From Giardia intestinalis (lineage: Eukaryota), in NCBI GenBank assembly GCA_000002435.2, contig CM018789.1: a DNA stretch of 64,000 nucleotides; one strand, written 5' to 3'. Both the position numbers and the translations under genes were made by a program. Shown here one piece after another: positions 53,411-62,492 of this stretch; position 1 is the stretch's first letter, and every line of letters starts with the position of its first letter. Below the pieces are notes generated by a model that saw only the letters and a list, made by a program, of their open reading frames with translations, ran no database searches and had not been told where the DNA came from.

Positions 53411-53540
53411 GGATTGCTTATATTACTGAGTGAACGCTATTTATCTGTAACTTTTTCTTTCTATTTAAAGAGGCAAGGATTTAGGAACGTTGGGAACCAT
53501 CCTAGATACTGTAGAGATTGTAGAGAGATTTATCGCCTGT

Positions 53541-55283
53541 TTAATTTCTTAGTAACGCTATGCAAATATCCTTGTTGTACTTGCTAACACGCCAATAGGG
53601 GTGCTCTGCATAGTACAGGGCTGTGCGGCCAAATGCGTCCTTTAGAGTGCTTTCCTTAGGCTTCAACAGTGTAATAAGTTCGCTATTTCCATACTTTGCA
53701 GCCCACATAAGGGCAGAATGACCGTCTATGTCCTGGAAACCTGTCTCTTCGTTTATGAGTAGCTTAACGCAATCTACATGATTATGTTGGACAGCCAAAA
53801 TAAGAGACGTCTCATCTATGGTATTCTGCATTTGCTTCTCAAAGGGGAGGAGTAACTTGCAAGCGTTAAGATGGCCGCGGATCGCGGCTTCCATAAGGGC
53901 TGTGTTGCCATAATCGTCTTGCATACACGCCTCGAATCTCGATAGCTTATCAATGACTTCTAGGTAGTCATTCTGCGCAGCAATCATGAGAGCAGTTACC
54001 CCATCACCTGTTTGGAGTTTGGCTTCCATGGGAACTAGGGAATCTATTACATTAGGCCAGTTGTTCTTCGCCGCATAGATCAGGGCTGTGGACCCGTCCC
54101 ACCAGCGCTGTCTTCCGGCTTCTGTCTTAAGGAGCAGCTCAACGCACAGTAAGTGCCCTCTGCTAGCTGCATACATTAGCGCAGTCTTTCCTTTTCTATC
54201 TACTATTCCGGCTTCTGGCAGCAGAAGCTTCATTACTTCATAGTTGCCCTTCCATGCAGCGAGCATGAGAGCAGTCCTTCCATCTTCGGTTTGCATGCCT
54301 AGCTCTGTCAGTAGGTGTCCTGCAATCAAGATATTTCCTTTCCACGCAGCAAGCATAAGTGCAGTAACATGTTTGGCAAAATAAGAGGTCTTCAAATTTA
54401 GTGTTAAGCAAATGATGTCGCGGCATGCGCAACGAGCACAACCGATGTGCTTAATAACATCCTCTTTGGAGTCGTCTTCGACAGCTTTCAGTAATGGGGT
54501 TTTTTCCCGTGGAAGAGGTGTGTCCAGAGAAAGCTCTGAATAGCGAAGGTGGATACCATGTTCATAGCAATATGTCGACAGTGCAAATAGTTGATTACTA
54601 TCACGCAACTTCATAAGGGCTTCAAACAAGGCTTGCAACTGTCTTTCGCCAGAGTTTGTGCTGCATAACGTCCTGTAAAAATTTAACTGCTGACGACAAA
54701 AGTGGAACCTTGCCATGGTTAGCTGTAAGCGAATGTCTGATTCCGTTAACAGTGCCTGTTCAATGCAGGTCTTCTTCTCAGGGCACGGTGGATCGGCATC
54801 AGTATCAGTAGAGCCATTTTCTAAATATTTATACCGCTGAGTAAGCTCTTGCAGTTTGTACTTGTGATTTAGGTGAACGAGGGCCTCGTCTATACCAGAC
54901 GCTGTAAGAACAAGAATAACTCCTTGGAGAAGCTGCTTCATGCCTGCATCAACAGTGATCTGCGACAGTGTATCTATTAAGACCTTAAGACCTTCTCTTC
55001 CGGTAGTATCTTTAGTATTGTATCGGTCAGGTTCAACAAGGTATTCACCGCTGATCCCAGTCAGATCGACAACAGTGAAGCCTTCAAGAATAACGCACTG
55101 CGGCACGTAACTTGGTGTTTGTCCTTGAGTTTCTGACTTAAGCGCAAGTTGCAAAAGGCTTTCAGTAAGGCTCTTCGCATCAATCCGTGAAAGTAGATCC
55201 TTGTCTCTAAGACAGTGGTCAATAAGCTCTAGGAAGGATCTCCGGCATTTCCACTGATCCGGCTGGCCATGGTTGGCCTGCAT
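53541..55283 (-). CDS. Ankyrin-repeat protein (Protein 21.1-like) with non-ankyrin N-terminal region
   Basis: About 9 C-terminal ankyrin repeats (TALMLAAWKGN..., TALMYAASRGHLLCVELLL, TALIYAAKNNWPNVIDSLV, TALMIAAQNDYLEVIDKL, TALMEAAIRGHLNACKLLL, ...); first ATG at 55283. Confidence 0.75.
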   Translation of the reverse strand: MQANHGQPDQWKCRRSFLELIDHCLRDKDLLSRIDAKSLTESLLQLALKSETQGQTPSYVPQCVILEGFTVVDLTGISGEYLVEPDRYNTKDTTGREGLKVLIDTLSQITVDAGMKQLLQGVILVLTASGIDEALVHLNHKYKLQELTQRYKYLENGSTDTDADPPCPEKKTCIEQALLTESDIRLQLTMARFHFCRQQLNFYRTLCSTNSGERQLQALFEALMKLRDSNQLFALSTYCYEHGIHLRYSELSLDTPLPREKTPLLKAVEDDSKEDVIKHIGCARCACRDIICLTLNLKTSYFAKHVTALMLAAWKGNILIAGHLLTELGMQTEDGRTALMLAAWKGNYEVMKLLLPEAGIVDRKGKTALMYAASRGHLLCVELLLKTEAGRQRWWDGSTALIYAAKNNWPNVIDSLVPMEAKLQTGDGVTALMIAAQNDYLEVIDKLSRFEACMQDDYGNTALMEAAIRGHLNACKLLLPFEKQMQNTIDETSLILAVQHNHVDCVKLLINEETGFQDIDGHSALMWAAKYGNSELITLLKPKESTLKDAFGRTALYYAEHPYWRVSKYNKDICIALLRN

Positions 55284-55324
55284 AATTACCAACCTCTTTT
55301 AAAAAAGATCGTTTCATTGTACCC

Positions 55325-56602
55325 ATGACAGCAAAAGATCTTACTGAGCCGTATAAAAAGGGGCTAATCTTCATGGCATGCTGTCGGGAAGACATAGGGA
55401 CTCCATTGGAGAACACTCCGCGGCCTGTTAGAATCTATGATAGCCGCGAAGACCCCACAGCTCGCGGGAGCTACGAGTATTATGTTTATTTTGGAGGGTA
55501 CAACGCCCGCTTGGCGGATTGGTACCCGTCATCGGCCTTACGAAGCATTACAGATGAAGAAAGGCAATTATACGCAAAAGAAATATGGTTTTTTAGCCAG
55601 GCAGACAAGGAATTTCTGCCCAGGAATATAGATAAAGTGGTGATCTCTCAGTACGTGATGTGTCCGTGGTACTTCTCGCCACTCCCCGAGGAGTTTTTTG
55701 CCTCCAGAACTGTCTACATCTGCGAGTATTGCTTCACCATGTTGACCACTGAGCGGATCTACAAGCGCCATGTGGCCCGGTGCACCTGTAGATCACCACC
55801 TGGTGACCTCATATATAGAGATGACGAAGTCTGCTTCTTTGAAATCAACGGCAGTGAGCATACTAACTATTGCCGTAATATATGCCTAGTTGCGCGGCTT
55901 TTCCTGCAGCATAAAACATTGGTGGCAGACGTAGATGTCTTCCTCTTTTATGTTATGTTTGCAAAAACCAACAACAAAAAGGCTAATAACCAACAACTAT
56001 CGGCAGCCCAGAAGGCTTCCGATGAACAAGAACAAAGAGCTCACTGCGAGCCTGAAATAAAGCGGATACCCGATTGGCAACAGACGGGACCGGGTGATCA
56101 GGACGATGACTCATACCATTTTGTAGGATTTTTCTCCAAAGAGAAACAGCAAGAAAATAGTCTCAGCTGCATTGTTGCACTTCCATGCTTTCAGAAGAAA
56201 GGATATGGAAATATGATGATAAACTTTTCGTACATGCTCAGTAGCCGTGAATGTAGACTCGGAGGACCTGAGATGCCCCTGTCGGACCTTGGCCTCATGT
56301 CCTACTTAAGTTATTGGAAGCGCCGAATTTGCGAAGTGCTGGTTCGCAACACCACTTCAGAAATCAGCCTTTTCGAGATTAGTAAGCAAACAATGATCAG
56401 CTACCGCAATCTAATCATGGCAATGAATAAGTACGGGCTTCTGAAAGAAACACCGTCAAATACCGCTATTTACTTTGGAAACGAACTAGCAGATGAGTTG
56501 CGCACGTGTTTAGAGAAGGAGGAAAAACGCGGAGTACACCGTCTTGAAGACAAGTACCTCCATTGGGTCCCATATGTCAACATGTGTTACGAGTACAAAT
56601 AG
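55325..56602 (+). CDS. MYST-family histone acetyltransferase
   Basis: C2HC zinc finger CEYCFTMLTTERIYKRHVARC, MYST core FEINGSEHTNYCRNICLVARLFLQHKTL and FLFYVM, and acetyl-CoA-binding motif LPCFQKKGYGNMMINFSYMLS; ATG at 55325. Confidence 0.85.
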   Translation: MTAKDLTEPYKKGLIFMACCREDIGTPLENTPRPVRIYDSREDPTARGSYEYYVYFGGYNARLADWYPSSALRSITDEERQLYAKEIWFFSQADKEFLPRNIDKVVISQYVMCPWYFSPLPEEFFASRTVYICEYCFTMLTTERIYKRHVARCTCRSPPGDLIYRDDEVCFFEINGSEHTNYCRNICLVARLFLQHKTLVADVDVFLFYVMFAKTNNKKANNQQLSAAQKASDEQEQRAHCEPEIKRIPDWQQTGPGDQDDDSYHFVGFFSKEKQQENSLSCIVALPCFQKKGYGNMMINFSYMLSSRECRLGGPEMPLSDLGLMSYLSYWKRRICEVLVRNTTSEISLFEISKQTMISYRNLIMAMNKYGLLKETPSNTAIYFGNELADELRTCLEKEEKRGVHRLEDKYLHWVPYVNMCYEYK

Positions 56603-59229
56603 TCAACGTAGACTGCAAAGTTGTCCAAGTAAATCCCCCTCGCGAGTCGCTGCACTGGACTGGCTACCTCTCGCTCGCTCCCATCAAAGTCCAGAATCTG
56701 AAACTCAAATGTCAGCCAACTCCGATGGAAGAAGAACTCTTATGCTTCGTCTCCCCAGGAAGCCGCTGCTCCTCACGTTACCTCTAAGGTTTCTCCCATC
56801 CTCTGGCTAGCTTGGAGCAACCACCACCTGGCACCGGTGGGCACCTGCTGTCTCGAGCCTTGCGTCGGTCACAGCAGTCTGGCCTCGAGAGCAATTGACT
56901 CTGGCCATGTACTCCGGAGTAGCTTTGTAGTGTTGGTGCTCTACGACAAAGATCACACGCCACGGCCCCGGGTGCCTACCCCGTTCCTCGGGGTGCCTCT
57001 TCGTCTCTTCGTGGAGGGCACCATCTGTTCCATTATCAAGGGTGCGATTCCCGTACGCCTCTATCTTGGAATCATAGTACGCGTTCGTGGATGTCGATGG
57101 AGTACTCCCATGCGCTGGTATCAGGGGAGAGGCCCATCCCTCTGCTCATGGATCGCAGAGGTGCTCCGTCACCCAGCACGAGACCGCGTCGACGCTCACC
57201 CTGTGCAGTGCGTCTGGCTCAGTGATGTGTGAGCTGGTCCATCTGCACAGCACACTTGGGGTGATGCTTCGGTCTGTCGAGGCGTCGTCCAAAGCACCAG
57301 GAGCAATCAGGACCGGTTCGCTGTCAGGTCGTCTCTCTACAATCGGCACTCGTCTACTCGAGGGTGTCAGGCACTGCCAGCTGCTGCGGCAGATGCTCGG
57401 CAGGTGGCCCAGGCCGCCACTCTCCGGTGCGGGCAGGATCAGTCCGCTTCTACCAACCAGACACCCCAACTCCTATTTCTTGCCGAGGGATTCATATGGG
57501 TCACGTGTGGGTCCGTCTCGACAAGCGGGGCGAGTGATTGGTGCCATTGCCAGCCTCGGACGCTCATCTGCATTCGCTATCACCTCGAGGGAGGGGGCAT
57601 AAATCTTCCCCGTCAGAACTGGACGACATCCGACTTTCGGATTCTGGGTCTCAGCTAGTGAACGAGCGAGAGACTGCCAGCCTGGGGCGGCGGTGGCTCG
57701 CATGGAGGACCTGTTCAGGCAACAGCTGACAAACTAGTCTCAGTGCAATAAGGTAACTGGCTAGTTTGAGAGGAGCACCTGGAGGCATCAGGCGTTGCCG
57801 GCTGGGGCTTTGGAAGTAGGAGTCCATCGGGGGCATGGGGCTCGTCGCCCCTAGGAGAACCAGCGGCTGCCAGGGACGGCGTCTCGATCGGACCGTCCGA
57901 TTCCGCACCTACCAGCACATCTTCAGGAGGCCTCTTCTCGAGTGCATTGTATGCGCCGAGCAGTTTAGAGCCGCCCTCATGGACAGCAATCTTCTGTTCC
58001 TGGTCTTGTAAGATTGCTTGTTAGAATTGAGAGAAGAGGGTATGTGTCTGTGGCACTGTCTCCCCCACGAACAACTCGGGTTGCCAGCTGTCCATATAAC
58101 AAACTGAGCCGCTGTGGAGTCGTTCTTTGCATGGAGCTTCCCACAATAATCGCCCTCGGGCAGAGTAAGAACCTGCCTCGCTCTGTGGCAGCTGACAATT
58201 GCAGAGCTCAATGAGGAGACCAAGTACGGTAAATCGATAATGACGCGAGCAAATACGCTGAATAGACACGCAGCCGCATAGGCGCTGGCCGTCGTAAGGG
58301 TGCCCGCTTAGCACTGACAAGAAGGCACAGAGAAGCATGGCGGGCCAAGTCATGTAGCCCACCAAGTGGATGCATGATCGCGCAAGGGTCATCCTTCCCA
58401 CGTATATGAGCTCTTGACGCCTACGTGGGTGCATTCGACTCCTGCACAGCTCCTGATAATTATAGGCCTTTATCACCCGTAGCCCTGCTATTACTTCGGT
58501 GACATGCCGTGCACGGACATCGCGCGCAGCAGCATATCGTTTTTCCAGGAAGGGATTGCACAGGGCCAGGAGGCCATGAAGGGGAGCGTGGGAGCCCACG
58601 CCCAGCAAGAGCACTCCTTCAATCTGAGAAGCCAGGATAAAGCAGTCGTCGGCAACGTGAGTGGCGCCGCTATCATCCTTGGTGTGTTCGACACCAGATT
58701 AGAGACGGAGCGGGCACCACCACTAATGAAAGTAATCACCGCCGGGGATCAAGCGTGCGTTGCTGCAACGTTGGGAACGCGCGCGAGCTTCTTGTAAGTA
58801 GCACAGCTGGCCGATGCAATGGCTGGAAGGCGCCGTCAAGAGCTGTGCAGCAAGGCCGGTAACTACCATGCCCATGCCTCGTGGAATAAGCGAGCAAGCA
58901 CGCTGCCACCAGAGTCGCGGAGGTCGGCTATATGACCAGTGCGGACGTCGGCCATGGCCTTTGGCTGCACGTGAGGGGGAAGCGCGGCAAGTCCCACTAG
59001 TATGGAGGACACACCAAGGAAGGGCCAGCTCGCCTTCATGACCAGAGGCCGATGCGGGCGGGTCTAGCAGTTGCCCGTGCCACCGCCAGAGCGCCTTCCA
59101 GCCTAGTCAGGACCTTACCGTAGTTCATGGTTGTTGGCAGAGAGGAACGCCTGAGGCTTCAGTGCCCCTGCCGCGAACGGTGCCATCCGTGGAAACGTAT
59201 AGTAGAGGATGAATGGGCAGCGCTCGTCT

Positions 59230-60960
59230 GCTCAAGCCCATGGCCCTATGGATTGGGGCAGAGGGCCGCGCGGGCCATGAAACCGCAAACATGGGGGACG
59301 GAAGCCTGGACTGGAACCGGACGACCGCCCCGCTCCCGGTCGTGTGGTCGGACGTGGAGCCGGCGATCTACGAGCTCAGCGAGTCGTTCCTCTCGCTCTT
59401 CGAGGACGAGATGGGCGCCGACGAGGCGAGGTGGACGCTCCTCCTCTTCCTCCACAACGGCGGCTCCCTTTTCAGGCGGGTCCTCAAGCGGTTCGGCGTC
59501 CCGGCGAGTGCGCGGCCTCCCTCTCGGACCTGAGGGCGGAGTCGACGCAGAACGCAAGCAAGCAGCTCCCGCCTCCCCTGGCCCACTGCATCCAGGTCCT
59601 GCACCTTGTGCTGGCCTCCCTGAACCTGCGGGGGGTCACCGTCTGCGACCGCCTGGACGGCTCGGTCGACTGCTTGCCCTGCCTCCGCACCTTCGAAGGC
59701 TTCGTCAGGGCCCTGGTTCAGCCCTTGCGCGCCTGCTCTCCAAGCTGATCCAGGCAGGCGCTCCTCCTCCTCCTGGGCCCCTGGGCGGCCACAAGCAGGC
59801 CCGGACGTGCCGGAGCATCCGCAGGATGGCCCTGGAGGAGCAGGGCAGCGCCGGGTCCTGCGCGATCGAGACCGTCGAGTGGCTTCCGCCCCCTTCTCGT
59901 CCGGCAACGTCTCCCCTACGCCGACAAGGGCGTCGCAGACCAGATGGCAGAGTGTGCAAGCGTCATGACGGCCTTCAACGCCCCCAGCCCAACAGGCGGC
60001 GCCCGGGCCGGACGTGCGGATCGGCCTGCAGTCCCTGGCAGACCTCCACGGCGGGCACGACGCCGAGCTGGAGCGCACCCTCGGCAACGCGGTGGCCACC
60101 GGCGACTACCGCGTGTACCTCAACAGGGTCAAGCGGGGGCTGACCGCGTCCTTCCCGTTCTCGGGGAGGCCGGGTGCGAAGGGCAATCTGCCCTACTTCG
60201 AGCGGTGCATAGAGAAGGCGCTGTCCTTCAACCACCACGAGGAGCGGTTCCGCAGCATCAAGTGCCACGAGCTGGTCAACGTGCTCGCCTACGCGCTCCC
60301 CCTGGACGTCCAGCGGGCGATGCTCGTCGGCATTTCCAACGAGGCCGACTGCGTCCTGGGGCACCAGCTCTACCACCTGATCCGAGAGGTCGACATGCCG
60401 GCGTTCCTCTCGTCGCTGCTCCGCCTGGCGCTGTGCGGGGTCCCCCACATGCTCGAGACGGTCCTGTCGGCCAAGGCGGCTGCGGGCACGACGAGGGACG
60501 CCGAGAAGGGCGCGTTCTCCAGCAACACCCCGTCGTCCACGCGGCACATCCGGGAGTCTGTGCTGAAGAGCTGCCTCCACGTCCTTCTCCTCCTGCAGGC
60601 CAGGCCCGCCAAGCAGGGCGCCCCGCCGGACCCGGCGCTAGACCCCGCGAGGCCCCTTCATAGCCTGGTGAGCGGCAGGCGGCTGCTCTGCCTGCTGACG
60701 GCGTCGCGCTGCTTCTACGGCTACGTCTCGCACATCCTGCAGTCCTCCAGCACGGCGGCCAGCCAGGGGCCGCGGCGCAGAGCGTCCCGGGCGGGGCTCC
60801 AGGCCGCCGACGGCGTACATCCCGAACAACCTGGCCAACCTGATGGAGTTCCTGCGCGGAGACAATAGCACCAACAACCCCGCCAACATAAGCACGGCGG
60901 GCACGCTCACGTGCAGCTTCCCGGGGTACCAGCTGTCCAAGGTCAACAGCCTTTCGTCCA
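59230..60960 (+). pseudogene. Right-arm copy of the GC-rich frameshifted gene
   Basis: It has the same protein-like segments as 14997..16740 (-). It shares the two upstream frameshifts with the left copy and has an additional copy-specific frameshift (...GVPARRQ* followed by ...NNPANISTAGTLTC in another frame, against contiguous ...GVPARRHSTNSPANMNTAGTLTC in the left copy). Confidence 0.35.
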
Positions 60961-61571
60961 TCGTCGTGCTTCTGAAGATCGCCAAGCACATACTGCCCTT
61001 CGCGGCGGGGACTACTCGCGCATATACGGGGTGTTCGAGCTGCAGGGCCTCCCCGCCTTCCGCGAGCACCTGACGAAGCTCATCTACCAGCTCTCCATAA
61101 GCCCGTGCAGCGAGGACGGCTGGCGCTGGCCCACCACGGCTGGCTCTACGAGAGCAGCCTGCCGACGCCCCGGAGCAGTACGCGGCGGAGGAGGCCGTTG
61201 CGCTCTCCCAGCTCCACGCGGGATGGTCCTGCAGCCGCATCTGAAAAGGACCCGCGTGTCTTTAGTCAAACAAATACACTGAACAGCGGGAAGCATCGGT
61301 TCTACAGTAAACCTTGCCTGGGTGGACTGATGGGAAAGAGGGCCAGGGTGGGTCTCGGCTACGGCCGCTGGGTGGAGGGGCTTGTAGAGACAGACGTCTT
61401 CACAAATCTGGTCCTGTCAGACTGTCACGGGTCGCGTCCGCTGGCTCCTTCTGGGGCTGCGCCAATCACCGCGTCTCTGTCCTGTGTGGTTCGTGGCGCA
61501 GCTGCCAAAGCAATCCTACTGGTGAGCCCCGACTAGGTGGACATCTGCAGACGTGGAGCACCTCTTGGCGT

Positions 61572-62330
61572 TTACTTGAAGACCTCCATGAACTCCTCGA
61601 CCGGCTTGTTGCAAGCACGACAGACCTTGCTGGCGACGTCCTTCCCGCAGTCCTTGCAGAGGACGTAGTGCTTGCACGGCATGCAGACCAGGTTGGGGGC
61701 GTTGGCGCGGCACTTCACGCACTTCGTGTACTTCTTCGAGTTGAGGAGCTTGCGGATCTCGCCCAGGCACTTCTCGAGGGACTTGTTCAGCTGCTCCTCC
61801 GAGATCTCCGCCCCCTGGTCGATCCCCGAGCAGGAGAGGGAGTAGAACGCCTCGAAGAACGAGCGGAAGATGGCCATGTTGTGGCTCTTGACCTCGGCCT
61901 GCTGCGACTTCTTGGCCATCTCGGTGTAGGTGGCCGCGACCCTCTGCCGGAGCTGCTCCAGCATCGCCGCGTCCATCGTCTCGATGGTCTTCAGCCGGAG
62001 GACCTTGGCCGCCTCGAACTGCTTCGCCTTGGAGGCGTGGTTGAGGGCGGAGAGCTTGCCGGCGTCCCGCAGCCTCCCCTCCTTCTCGAAAAGGGCCTGG
62101 ATCAGCTCGAGGTTCCCCCTCTTTGCCGCCGCGATCAGCGCGAAGGACCCGTCGTTCGAGACCAGGCCCGCCTCTGCGTCGACCAGCTCCAGGGCGACGG
62201 CGGTGTGCCCGGCCTCGGCGGCCCACATGAGCGCCGTCTTCCCGTCTGCGTCCCTCTGGCCTGCGTCCGCGGCCTTGTGGGCCCTGACGTAGTCCAGCCT
62301 GTTCTCCTTGGCCGCCTCAATAAGTGCCAT
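61572..62330 (-). CDS. Ankyrin-repeat + RING-finger protein (right inverted-repeat copy)
   Basis: 252 aa, differing from 13740..14498 at about 2 positions (YSLSCSG against YFLSCSG; KVCRACNKP against KVCPACNKP). Confidence 0.75.
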   Translation of the reverse strand: MALIEAAKENRLDYVRAHKAADAGQRDADGKTALMWAAEAGHTAVALELVDAEAGLVSNDGSFALIAAAKRGNLELIQALFEKEGRLRDAGKLSALNHASKAKQFEAAKVLRLKTIETMDAAMLEQLRQRVAATYTEMAKKSQQAEVKSHNMAIFRSFFEAFYSLSCSGIDQGAEISEEQLNKSLEKCLGEIRKLLNSKKYTKCVKCRANAPNLVCMPCKHYVLCKDCGKDVASKVCRACNKPVEEFMEVFK

Positions 62331-62492
62331 TCTTTGCCTCCCAATTGCGATCGCGGCTCTTCATAAGACATAATTGATAGAAAACTTGGAGACGCTGTTT
62401 CATGGCACTTTGGCACGGCCAGAAGCATGGGGCGCTGGTCCGTATGGCCTGTTCTCCAGGGCCTTCTGCTTCTCGTGAAGGGAACGACGGGT

